Assembly (NCBI GenBank): GCA_963836075.1 | Contig: CAWIIB010000009.1 | Location: 1,312,001 to 1,376,000, forward strand | Length of the DNA: 64,000 nt | Direction of reading: 5' to 3' | Source: an uncultured Acidobacteriota bacterium | Lineage (GTDB): Bacteria > Acidobacteriota > JAQAZP01 | In this document: positions 40,116-49,286 of the stretch, one piece after another | Position numbering within the stretch: the first letter of the stretch is position 1 | How the letters are laid out: every line of letters begins with the position of its first letter | Position numbers and translations under genes: made by a program | The notes under the pieces: model-generated | The model's database searches: none | Told to the model about the DNA's origin: nothing | The model's input: the letters and a program-made list of their open reading frames with translations, nothing else

Positions 40116-40400
40116 TCAGAGCATCTGGTCGGCGTGCCAGACGATCATGTGCATGTGCTGGGCGCAGCTCTGGCAGAACTCCTTGATGTTCCCGGCCAGC
40201 TTGTCCGCTTCGTCGTCGCCGAGCACGGTGAAAATCACGCTGGAGGTTTTGGGGAAGGCCCGCGAGCCCATGCGAGTGCCGGTGGCCCCGGTGCCGAAGA
40301 CCTGGGGGATCTCAGTGTAACCCACGATATCGTGGTTGTTCAGCAGCACTTCCAGCTGCTCCTTGTACCCCGACTCCACGATCATCATCAGCATCTTCAT
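40116..40400 (-). CDS. PII-like (PG0541-type) transporter-associated protein
   Basis: MKMLMMI...GYT.IPQV.G.G..G..MGS..FP pattern; 94 aa; downstream of an RND permease. Confidence 0.7.
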   Translation of the reverse strand: MKMLMMIVESGYKEQLEVLLNNHDIVGYTEIPQVFGTGATGTRMGSRAFPKTSSVIFTVLGDDEADKLAGNIKEFCQSCAQHMHMIVWHADQML

Positions 40401-40412
40401 CGGCGCTTCTCC

Positions 40413-40604
40413 TCAGTCCTCGCGCAGGCCGAGCTTGCGGAAGATGGTCATCGCCGGGCACCAGTTGGTGAACGCCGATTGCAGCAGGTTCAAGCCCACG
40501 AAGGCGGTGAACAGATACCAGAGCGGGTTGACCCAGTGGCCCAGTGCGAGGGACAGCAGGACGACGGTTCCGGCCATTGCTCTCAGTGCTTTGTTAACGG
40601 TCAT
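40413..40604 (-). CDS. DUF2892 / YgaP-like small membrane protein
   Basis: RAMAG...FVGLNLLQSAFTNWCP signature. Confidence 0.9.
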   Translation of the reverse strand: MTVNKALRAMAGTVVLLSLALGHWVNPLWYLFTAFVGLNLLQSAFTNWCPAMTIFRKLGLRED

Positions 40605-40634
40605 GGCTATCTCCTTGTTGGTGTGGTTCTCCGT

Positions 40635-43600
40635 TCAGCTTTCCTGTTCGTTGCCGATGTTTACCACGTTCTCCGGTCCGGCGGCTTTGAGGAACATGTA
40701 GTAGAGCACCGGGATCACCCCCAGGGTGAGGAAGGTGGAGACGGTGATGCCCGAGATCAGCGCCAGGGCAAGCCCCTGGAAGATCGGGTCGGCGAGCATG
40801 AACACCCCGCCGACGATGGTCGACGCCTGGGTCAGCACGATGGGCAGCAGGCGCACCGCGCCGGCCTTGATCACTGCGTCGTTCAGCGGCTCTCCGGCCT
40901 GCAGTTCGAGATTGATGAAGTCCACCAGCAGGATCGAGTTGCGGACGATGATCCCGGCCAGGGCGATGAAGCCGATCATCGAGGTGGCGGTGAAGAAGAT
41001 GCCGAACATGCCGTGGGCCGGCAGGATCCCCACCAGGGTCAGCGGGATGGGCACCATGATGATCATCGGGGTGATGAAGGACTTGAACCAGCCCACCATC
41101 AGCACGTAGATCAGCACCATCACCACGGCAAAGGCGATGCCCATGTCGCGGAACACCTCGAAGGTGATGTGCCACTCGCCGTCCCACTTCATGATGTAGC
41201 GGGTGGTGTCCTCGGGCAGGGTGGTGGCGATCACCTCCAGCGGCTCGCCGTCCGGGGTGGTGATCTCAGCGATGCGGTCCTCCATGTCGAGGATGGCATA
41301 GACCGGGGCCTCCAGGGCGCCGGCCACCTCGCCGTAGACGTAGGTCACCGGCTGGAGGTTCTTGTGGTAGCGGCTCGGCTCGCGGGTGCTTTCCACCACC
41401 CGGGTCAGCTCGGCCAGCGGCACCATGCCCCCCTGGCCGTTGTGCACCGTCAGCCGGAGCAGCTCGTCGATGTGCGAGCGCTGGGCCCGGTCCAGGCGCA
41501 GCAGGATCGGCACGTCGGTGCGCGCCGCCGGCTGGTGGGACAGGCCGGCCTCGCCGCCGCTGAGGGCCAGGCGCAGGGTGCGTACCACCTGCTCGGGGGT
41601 CACCCCGGCGCGGATCGCCTTTTCGCGGTCCACCACGATCTCGGCGCGCGGGGCGGCGTGTTCCACTTCCCAGTCCACGTCCACCACGCCGTCCGTCTCT
41701 TCCAGCACCTGTTTCACCCGGCCGGCCACGTCGAGGCGGCCCTCCATGGTCGGCCCGTAGATCTCGGCCACCAGGGTGGAGAAGACCGGCGGGCCGGGCG
41801 GGATCTCGGCCACCTTGACCAGCACCCCCAGCCGCTGGGCGATGGGGGTGATCATCTCCCGCACCTTGCCCGCCAGCTGGTGGGACTGCAGGTCCCGTTT
41901 GTCGGCGTGGACGAAGTTGATCTGGATGTCGGCCATGTTGCTCTGGTCGCGCATGAAGTAGTGGCGCACCAGGCCATTGAAGTTGTACGGCGAGGAGGTG
42001 CCGCTGTAGACCTGGTAGTCGGTCACCTCGGGCATGGTGCGGAAGACCGCGGCGATCTCGCGGGCCGCGGCGTCGGTCTTCTCCAGGGTGTAGCCCTCGG
42101 GGGCGTCGATAATCACCTGCAGCTCGGACTTGTTGTCGTGGGGCAGCATCTTCACCGTGGTGAACTTGAAGTAGACCGTGCTCATGGAGCCGGCCAGCAG
42201 CAGGGCCACAAAGGCCAGGAAGGCGTAGCGGTAGGCGCTGGAGCGGATCATCGGCCGCATCAGCCTGGTGTAGGCCCGGGCGAGGAAGTTTTCCTTTGGC
42301 GGCCCGGAGGCGTCGGGGCCCTTGCTGACGATCTTCGCTTCGCTGGTGAACAGCCGCTTGGTCAGCCAGGGTGAGATGACAAAGGCGGCGCCGAGGGAGA
42401 TCATCATCGCCGCCGAGGCGTTGATCGGGATCGGCCGCATGTAGGGGCCCATCAGGCCGCGGACAAAGGCCAGCGGCAGCAGGGCGGAGATGATGGCGAA
42501 GGTGGCCAGGATGGTGGGGTTGCCCACCTCGTCCACTGCGTAGACCGTGGTCAGACGCCGGCCGGCCCAGCCGAGTTTCATGTGGCGGTGGACGTTTTCC
42601 ACCACCACGATTGCATCATCGACCAGTATTCCTATGGAAAAGATCAGGGCAAAGAGGGTCACCCGGTTGAGGGTGTAGCCGAAGAAGTAGGAGGCGGCCA
42701 GGGTCAGGGCCAGGGTCACCGGGATGACCACTGCCACCACCGCCGACTCGCGCCAGCTCATGGTGATCCAGATGAGGAAGATTACCGCAATGGTGGCTTC
42801 GAAGAGGTGCTTGAGCAGTTCGTCCGACTTCTCCTTGGCGGTGAAACCGTAGTCGCGGGTCTTGAGAATCTTTACGTTGGAGGGGATCACCTTCCCCTGC
42901 AGCCCTTCGATCCGCCGGTCCAGGTCGTTGACCATCTCGGTGGCATTGGTTCCCGGCTTCTTGGCCACGGCCAGGGTCACCGCCGGGTGGTCCAGGCCGT
43001 CGGGCAGCCCCTTGTCCGAACCGGCGGGGCCGGCGCCCAGCCAGACGTAGTCGGACGGTTCGTCGGGGCCGTCATGGATCTCGGCCACGTCCTTGAGGTA
43101 GACCGGGTTGGAGTTGTAAACCCCCACCACCACGTTGCCCACTTCGGCGGCGTCGGTGAGGAACTGCCCGGCGTCGACCTGGATCTCCTCGTTGAGCAGC
43201 GAAACGCTGCCCGCGGGAAGGCGCCAGTTGAAACCGCGCAGCGACTGGTAGGCCTGGAGCAGCGAGACGTTGAATGCGGTGAGCCGTTCGCGGTCCACGT
43301 CCACCCGGACGGTGGAGCGGCCGCCGCCGATGACCCAGGCCTGGCCCACCCGCGGGTGGCGGGAGAGCTCGACCTGCAGCTCGTCAGCCACCTTGCGCAG
43401 CTGGTGCGGAGTGGCGTCACCACTCCAGAAGGTGTAGGCGGCCACCGGTACGTCGTCAATGGTCCGTGGTTTGACCACCGGGGTCATGGCGCCGTCGGGC
43501 ATCCGGTCGGCGGCCGAGGCGATCTTGGCGTGGACCCGCACCGCCGCCTGGTCCGGGTCGGTGCCGACGAGGAAGCGGACGATGATCAGACCTCCGGAGG

Positions 43601-44003
43601 GTTGCGAAGTGGAGTAGATATACTCCACATTCTCGATCTCGTAGAGCAGCTTCTCCAGCGGAGTGACCACGCGGCTCTCCACCTCTTCAGCGGTGGCGCC
43701 GGGGAAACCGACCAGGACGTCGATCATCGGCACCTTGATCTGCGGCTCTTCCTCGCTGGGGGTGACCAGGATGGCGAAGGCACCCAGCAGCAGGGCAAAG
43801 ACCACGATCAGCGGGGTCAGCTTGGAGTCGAGGAAGGCGCTGGCGATCCTGCCCGAGACGCCCAGTTTGCGGCGGGTCATCTTCAGCCGCAGCGCCTGGC
43901 GCCGGATCTTATCCAGCTCTTCGGGGGTCACCTTCTTCCCTTCGTCGGGAGCCGGGGCCGCCGTGTCGGGCCGTTTGTTGTTCTCGGGGTGCTGGTCGTT
44001 CAT
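40635..44003 (-). CDS. RND permease
   Basis: EEEPQI.VP, GILVDDAIVVVENV, GIIVRNSILLVDF, DPIFQGLA. Confidence 0.93.
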   Translation of the reverse strand: MNDQHPENNKRPDTAAPAPDEGKKVTPEELDKIRRQALRLKMTRRKLGVSGRIASAFLDSKLTPLIVVFALLLGAFAILVTPSEEEPQIKVPMIDVLVGFPGATAEEVESRVVTPLEKLLYEIENVEYIYSTSQPSGGLIIVRFLVGTDPDQAAVRVHAKIASAADRMPDGAMTPVVKPRTIDDVPVAAYTFWSGDATPHQLRKVADELQVELSRHPRVGQAWVIGGGRSTVRVDVDRERLTAFNVSLLQAYQSLRGFNWRLPAGSVSLLNEEIQVDAGQFLTDAAEVGNVVVGVYNSNPVYLKDVAEIHDGPDEPSDYVWLGAGPAGSDKGLPDGLDHPAVTLAVAKKPGTNATEMVNDLDRRIEGLQGKVIPSNVKILKTRDYGFTAKEKSDELLKHLFEATIAVIFLIWITMSWRESAVVAVVIPVTLALTLAASYFFGYTLNRVTLFALIFSIGILVDDAIVVVENVHRHMKLGWAGRRLTTVYAVDEVGNPTILATFAIISALLPLAFVRGLMGPYMRPIPINASAAMMISLGAAFVISPWLTKRLFTSEAKIVSKGPDASGPPKENFLARAYTRLMRPMIRSSAYRYAFLAFVALLLAGSMSTVYFKFTTVKMLPHDNKSELQVIIDAPEGYTLEKTDAAAREIAAVFRTMPEVTDYQVYSGTSSPYNFNGLVRHYFMRDQSNMADIQINFVHADKRDLQSHQLAGKVREMITPIAQRLGVLVKVAEIPPGPPVFSTLVAEIYGPTMEGRLDVAGRVKQVLEETDGVVDVDWEVEHAAPRAEIVVDREKAIRAGVTPEQVVRTLRLALSGGEAGLSHQPAARTDVPILLRLDRAQRSHIDELLRLTVHNGQGGMVPLAELTRVVESTREPSRYHKNLQPVTYVYGEVAGALEAPVYAILDMEDRIAEITTPDGEPLEVIATTLPEDTTRYIMKWDGEWHITFEVFRDMGIAFAVVMVLIYVLMVGWFKSFITPMIIMVPIPLTLVGILPAHGMFGIFFTATSMIGFIALAGIIVRNSILLVDFINLELQAGEPLNDAVIKAGAVRLLPIVLTQASTIVGGVFMLADPIFQGLALALISGITVSTFLTLGVIPVLYYMFLKAAGPENVVNIGNEQES

Positions 44004-45082
44004 TTTGCCACCTCCACCGGGGAGCCGTCAGGTACCGGGCCGTGAAGGCCGAGCAGCGCCTGTTCACCTTCGGCGAGGCCGGAGAGGATCTCGACTTTTT
44101 CGCCGCCGAGGGTCCGACCGGTGGTCACCGCCCGGGTCCGGGCCAGGCCCTCCTCACTGCGCAGCACAACCAGTTCCAGGCCGCCGCGGGCGTGTACCGC
44201 TGCCGCGGGGACGGCCAGCCGTTCCACCGGGTCGCCGGCCAGGTAACCGCGGCCGCTGGCGCCGGAAGCGGCCGCATCGGCGGGGAGCCCCACCTTGACG
44301 GTGAAGGTGTGGGTGGCCGCGTCGGCGGCGGCGGAGATCTCGTCAACCGTCCCCTCGATCCGTCCCAGGTCGGGCCGGGAGTCGAGGCTCACCTCCAGGG
44401 TCTGCCCCAGGCTGATCCGTTTGATGTCCGCCTCGCGCACGGTGAGCCGCATCTGGCTGCTGGAGCGGGACTCCAGGCGCAGCAGCGGCCGGCCCGGGGC
44501 GGCCATGTCGCCCACCTCGGCCATCTTTTCCACCACCCGGGCGTTGAACGGTGCGGTGACCTTCGCATCGCCGGCCACCGAGCTGGCCGAACTCACCGCA
44601 CCCTCGGCCTGGGCCACGGCGCCCTTGGCCTGGTCGTACTGCATGCGGGCCATGTCCATCTCCACTTCGGAGGCGGCATTCTTCCGCTGCAGCTCTTCGT
44701 AGCGGTGGAAGTTCTTCTCGGCCATGGCCAGGGCGGCCTGGGCCTGGGAGAGGGCGCCCTGGGCCTGGGAGACCTGGCCCTCGATGGAGTCGGGTTCGAT
44801 TTCCAGCAGGATCTGCCCCTTGCGCACCGTGTCCCCCGGGGTCACCTTGACCGCGGTCACCGGGCCGGAGACCCGGCTGGAGACCACGGCCTGCCGCGCC
44901 GGCTGCACGGTGCCGAAGACTTCGATGGTTCGCGGCTCGGTGAGCCGTTCCACGGTGGCCACTTCCGCGGTCACCATGGCCAGTTCGGGAGGCGTCGCTC
45001 CGGGCTCCGATCCGCAGCCGGAGGTGAGGAGCAGGGCGGCCAGCAGGGTCAGGCTGCTCAGTCTGAATGTTCTGGTGTTCAT
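44000..45082 (-). CDS. RND periplasmic adaptor lipoprotein
   Basis: Lipobox LTSGC; GDTVRKGQ, APFNA, EILSGL.EGE; ATGA overlaps on both sides. Confidence 0.9.
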   Translation of the reverse strand: MNTRTFRLSSLTLLAALLLTSGCGSEPGATPPELAMVTAEVATVERLTEPRTIEVFGTVQPARQAVVSSRVSGPVTAVKVTPGDTVRKGQILLEIEPDSIEGQVSQAQGALSQAQAALAMAEKNFHRYEELQRKNAASEVEMDMARMQYDQAKGAVAQAEGAVSSASSVAGDAKVTAPFNARVVEKMAEVGDMAAPGRPLLRLESRSSSQMRLTVREADIKRISLGQTLEVSLDSRPDLGRIEGTVDEISAAADAATHTFTVKVGLPADAAASGASGRGYLAGDPVERLAVPAAAVHARGGLELVVLRSEEGLARTRAVTTGRTLGGEKVEILSGLAEGEQALLGLHGPVPDGSPVEVAK

Positions 45083-46439
45083 ATCTCTTCATCCTCCGTG
45101 GCGACGATGGGATTGATCAGGGAGAACCCGGCGGCAAAGTGGAGCCGAAACAGGGCGAAGGCCTCGTCATAGCGGGCGGTCAGTTCGCGGACCTCCGCCT
45201 CGCGCAGCGAGGTTTCGGCGTCCAGCAGATCGATCATCTTTTCCAGCCCCTGCTGGAAGCGCTCGTCGGTGATGCGCAGCGCCTCTCCGGCCGAAGCCAG
45301 CGCGGCCCGGGCGGTTCCGCTGCGCGCCCGGGCGGTGGCCAGATCCTGCCAGGCCTGGCGGACCTCCAGCCGGATTCCCTCCTCGAAGCGGCCGATGTTT
45401 TCGTCAAAGGAGCGCGTCTGGTGCCGTGCCGCATCCAGGGCCTGCTTGTCCGCGCCGCCGCGGAAGAGGTTGATCCGGGCGTTGACCATCACCGAGCCGG
45501 AATGGCCGTTGCTGCCGAGAAAGGAGTCGTCATAGAGGTCGTAGTGACCGATCAGTGCCACCTGGGGCATGAAGCCCGAGCGGGCCTTTTTCTCCTCCAG
45601 CTTGCCGGCGTCCCGCTGGGTGCGCGAGGCCCGGAGGTCGTCCCGCTGCTCCAGGGCCATGGCGGTCCACTCTTCCAGAGTACCCCGGCGAACTGGTTCT
45701 CCGGCAACGGGGCCAGTTCCTGGGGCGTGGACTGGTCCAGACCCATGTGGAAGTTTAGCGCCGCCTCGGCCAGCTGGGCCCCGGCCTCGGCCTGGGCGGT
45801 GAAATCGTCCATCTCCGAGAGGTAGACCCGGGCCTTGAGCACTTCGGCCTCGACGATCATCCCCACCGCGGCAAACTCCTCGGCCAGGCGCACATGTTCG
45901 GCGGTGGTGGCCCGGGCCTTGACCATCAGCTTGTGATATTCCCGGGCCTTGGTCAGGTTGGTGAAGGCGGTGAGCGTTTCGTAGGCCACCTGCTGGCGGG
46001 TCCGCTGGTACTGCGACTGCTGGGCTTCGGCCATCAGTTTCGCCTGATTCACCTGGGAGGTGAGTTCGCCGCCGAGCCAGATCGGCTGCACCAGCTCCAG
46101 CCGGGTCATCCAGTTGTTCAGCCAATCCGGGTTGTTGGGGTCGCCGGCAAAGAAATCATTCATGTCGAACCGTTCCTGGTTCAGCTGGTAGGCGAAGACC
46201 TCAGCCGGATTGTTGGTGCCGTGATAGACCTCCACCAGGTCGACTTTCGGATACCAGTGGCCCTTTGACTGGGACGCCCGGGCTTCGGCGGCAGCCCGTT
46301 CGGCGTCGCTGGCTGCCAGCGACGGGCTGTTCTCCAGCGCCGTGGCCACCGCCCCGTCCGGGGTGAGCGGCTCTGCGGCGTCCAGAGCTGCAGCCGGCAG
46401 TACCAGTGCCAGGAGAAGAGCTGTCAGAATACTTTTCAT
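45079..46439 (-). pseudogene. TolC-family outer membrane channel with a frameshift near 45683-45686 (possibly an assembly error)
   Basis: N-terminal half (signal peptide, ALENSPSL, QPIWLGG) in ORF 45552-46439; C-terminal half (ALEQRDDL, NLFRGG, IDLLDAE) in ORF 45079-46125; switch at a G4 run. Confidence 0.85.
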
Positions 46440-46585
46440 TGCTCACCTCATTAGTCGGTTAGATCCATAAGAATGTAGGGAATCCGTTGAAAAAATTCTG
46501 GAAAAACCAATTAAATATTGCTCTCATCTCTTCACTCGGTTATGGTGACCTCTTCGTTTGCAGGCCGCCATGGCCTCTTGACTGC

Positions 46586-46617
46586 ATGACTATATAATCA
46601 TATACGGATATTGTCAA
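46586..46617 (-). promoter_or_regulatory. sigma70 promoter of the tolC-RND-arsR operon with overlapping palindromic candidate operator
   Basis: Minus strand TTGACA, 17-nt spacer, TATAGT; ATGACTAT/ATAATCAT palindrome (46586-46601) over the -10; flanking CTCTTGAC/GTCAAGAG inverted repeat. Confidence 0.7.
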
Positions 46618-46693
46618 GAGGAAATCCGGACCTTTTTTATCACTTTTTTCATTGGATTTCAGCCGGATATACCGGCGGGATGGAGATGCACCC

Positions 46694-47605
46694 ATGGGGA
46701 TTCCAAAAGAAGCCACCGGCCTGAAAGTGGGGCTGTACATTGACGTGGCCAACCTGTCGTTGAACGGCGGCTTCGGGCTGCGCTACGACGTGCTGCGGGA
46801 GTTCGTCTGCCGGGGCGGGGCCGAGCCGATGCGGCTCAATGCGTATGTGAGTTACGACTCCGACAGGGCTGCCGCGGACCAGGCCTACAAAGCCTCGCAG
46901 TACGGTTTTCACTCGGTGCTCCGTGACCTCGGATTCAAGGTGATCGAGAAACGGGTCAAATGGTTCACCGACGAGCACGGCAACCGCTTCGGCAAGGCCA
47001 ATGTGGACCTCGACCTGGCGGTGGACGCGCTGCTGCAGTCGGAAAACATGGACCGCGTGCTCCTGGCCACCGGGGACGGCGACTTTGTCCAGGTGGTGCG
47101 GGCTCTGCAGAACAAGGGCTGCCGGGTGGAGGTGGTGGCCTTTGACAACGTCTCCGCCGAGTTACGGCGCGAGGCGGACAGCTTTATCTCCGGCTACCTG
47201 ATTCCCAACCTGCTGCCGGTGCAGCGCGGACGGTCCTGGGCCTCCCAGGCCTGGGGCGAGGTGGGCTCGGTGGTCCGCGGCGTCTGCTGCAGCCATGATC
47301 CGGACAAGCCGTACGGTTTTCTCCGCTTCCTCCAGGACTTCAATGCCGAACTGTGGAAAACCGATACCCGCCAGCCCGACAGCCCCTACCGCACCATCTT
47401 CTGCCACGACTCGGAACTGCCGGACGATGTGCGGGTCTACGACCTGCCCAGCCGGGCGCTGATTTTCGAGTTCGAGATCGCCGAGGGTGAGCCGGGCAAG
47501 GGGCAAAAGGCGGTGAACGTGACGCGGATCATGGCCAAGCCCAAGGGCGGGCCCGGCCGCGATCCGGCGACCCGCGAGCTGCCGTTCAAGAACGGCAACA
47601 ATTAA
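46694..47605 (+). CDS. NYN (LabA/DUF88, PIN-like) domain protein with C-terminal cold-shock-like OB domain
   Basis: YIDVAN, KANVDLDLAVD, LATGDGDFV; C-terminal YGFL...IFCHDS...FEFE...KG.KAVNV; GGAG RBS before ATG 46694. Confidence 0.85.
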   Translation: MGIPKEATGLKVGLYIDVANLSLNGGFGLRYDVLREFVCRGGAEPMRLNAYVSYDSDRAAADQAYKASQYGFHSVLRDLGFKVIEKRVKWFTDEHGNRFGKANVDLDLAVDALLQSENMDRVLLATGDGDFVQVVRALQNKGCRVEVVAFDNVSAELRREADSFISGYLIPNLLPVQRGRSWASQAWGEVGSVVRGVCCSHDPDKPYGFLRFLQDFNAELWKTDTRQPDSPYRTIFCHDSELPDDVRVYDLPSRALIFEFEIAEGEPGKGQKAVNVTRIMAKPKGGPGRDPATRELPFKNGNN

Positions 47606-47910
47606 AGGCGTCCGGCGGTCACGTTGGTGCCGTGGGTCAGGCCCGCATCCCCCCACCAGCTCGCTGCGGCCGAGCCGTCGAAGCGCCAGCCGCGAACGTG
47701 GGCGGCGAACTCACCTCCCGGACCGGGTGCTGTGACGATTTCGTCACAGTACCCGCGTCGATGTTTCCCGCAGTCACATTGACCCCGAAACGGTTCGTGC
47801 TGTTGGCCAGGAAGCTGCGGCCGGGCAGCGGTGTGCCGTCCGCCCCGAATCCCCTGATGTGCGAGCCTTAGATATCCCCCGGCCCGGGGCCGGCGATGAG
47901 CAACGGCTCC
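47602..47910 (-). pseudogene. Decayed C-terminal remnant of an FG-GAP-like repeat protein
   Basis: Hand translation: LLIAGPGPGDI*GSHIRGF...SFLANSTNRFGVNVTAGNID/(frameshift)/DEIVTAPGPGGEFAAHVRGW...HGTNVTAGRL*; two internal repeats, in-frame TAA at 47868-47870, frameshift near 47750. Confidence 0.7.
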
Positions 47911-48065
47911 GCCATGGCGATGCCGTGGTGGTGACCCATGTTCACCACGCCCCTGTCAGCATCGAGGCACGGGCTGTCCGCGGCTTGACCGAGGGGCCGG
48001 AGTTGTTTAGTCGAACATTCTTGACACATCGTGCTCTGCCATATCCAGCCAAATCACGCAGACAT

Positions 48066-48108
48066 CTAACCGGGCCTAAACATTAATTTAACAATTGAAG
48101 AGTAGATT
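48066..48108 (+). promoter_or_regulatory. Pho boxes and -10 upstream of pstS
   Basis: CTAACC (48066), TAAACA (48077), TTAACA (48088) at 11-bp period, then TAGATT at 48103. Confidence 0.6.
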
Positions 48109-48250
48109 GAGCCAGGTTCATTGGAGGTGGGCGGGGCACTGGCAGCAGCACGTCCCCCGACAGCACGACGAACCGCCGATATCAGAGCCTGTTTTAGCAA
48201 CGGTGTTTTACCCGTAGGTTATCTCGCAAACAGTCGAATGGAGGATTGAG

Positions 48251-49240
48251 ATGAGGAAGTATCTCGGTTTTGCTCTCGTGATCGTGGCCGCCCTGACCGT
48301 GGTGGCCAACCCGGTACTCGCCCAGGTGCAGGTCGACCCCAATCTGCCCCGGTACAAGCCGGTGCAGGGCGTTTCGGGGAGCATCAAATCGGTGGGTTCC
48401 GACACGCTGAACAACCTGATGACCCTCTGGACCGAGGGCTTCAAGAAGATCTATCCCAACATCCAGATCGAGATCGAGGGCAAGGGGTCCTCCACCGCTC
48501 CGCCGGCGCTGATTGCCGGCACCTCCAACTTCGGCCCGATGAGCCGGAAGATGAAGGACAAGGAGCTGGACGAGTTTGAAGCCAGATTCGGCTACAAGCC
48601 CATCTCGCTTCCCACCAGCATCGACATGCTGGCCGTGTTCGCCAACAAGGACAACCCGGTGAAGGGTCTGACCCTGCCGCAGATCGATGCCATTTTCTCC
48701 AAGTCCCGCAAGCTGGGATTTGCCGAAGACATCACCAGCTGGGGTCAGCTGGGCCTCAAGGGCGAGTGGGCCAACCTGCCGATCAGCCTTTACGGCCGCA
48801 ACGCCGCCTCCGGCACTTACGGGTACTTCAAGAAGCATGCCCTGGGCAAGGGCGACTACCGCGATTCGGTCAAGGAGCAGCCGGGCAGCAGCGCGGTGGT
48901 GCAGGGCGTGGCCAGCGACAGGGGCGGCCTGGGTTACAGCGGCATCGGCTACAGGACCGCCGACGTCATCGCCGTGCCCCTGGCCCGCGACGCCGGTTCT
49001 CCGATGATTCCTGCGACGCCCGAATATGCCTACACCGGTGAGTATCCCCTGGCCCGCTTCCTCTACATCTACGTCAACCACAAGCCGGGCAGCGACCTCG
49101 ACCCGCTGCGCCGTGAGTTCATCAAGTATGTCTTCAGTGCCCAGGGTCAGGAGGACGTGGTCAAGGACGGCTACTTCCCGGTAACCGCCAAGATCGCCCG
49201 CGACACCCTGGAATCCCTGGGCATCGAACCTGGATTCTGA
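48251..49240 (+). CDS. pstS: Phosphate ABC transporter substrate-binding protein
   Basis: GSDTL, GKGSSTA, SR, GRNAASGT, YPLARFLY. Confidence 0.95.
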   Translation: MRKYLGFALVIVAALTVVANPVLAQVQVDPNLPRYKPVQGVSGSIKSVGSDTLNNLMTLWTEGFKKIYPNIQIEIEGKGSSTAPPALIAGTSNFGPMSRKMKDKELDEFEARFGYKPISLPTSIDMLAVFANKDNPVKGLTLPQIDAIFSKSRKLGFAEDITSWGQLGLKGEWANLPISLYGRNAASGTYGYFKKHALGKGDYRDSVKEQPGSSAVVQGVASDRGGLGYSGIGYRTADVIAVPLARDAGSPMIPATPEYAYTGEYPLARFLYIYVNHKPGSDLDPLRREFIKYVFSAQGQEDVVKDGYFPVTAKIARDTLESLGIEPGF

Positions 49241-49286
49241 TCCGTTCCGAACTCCTCATCCCTGTTTTTTGTATCGGAATTGAACC

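Noticed and set aside
45670-45700. Programmed ribosomal frameshift or phase variation in tolC
   Set aside because: Only a G4 run, no slippery heptamer or long tract; several similar indels nearby point to assembly error
47731-47748. CRP/FNR-like palindrome TGTGAC-N6-GTCACA
   Set aside because: TGTGA-N8-TCACA spacing is wrong for CRP, and it lies within the FG-GAP remnant codons (CDEIVT)
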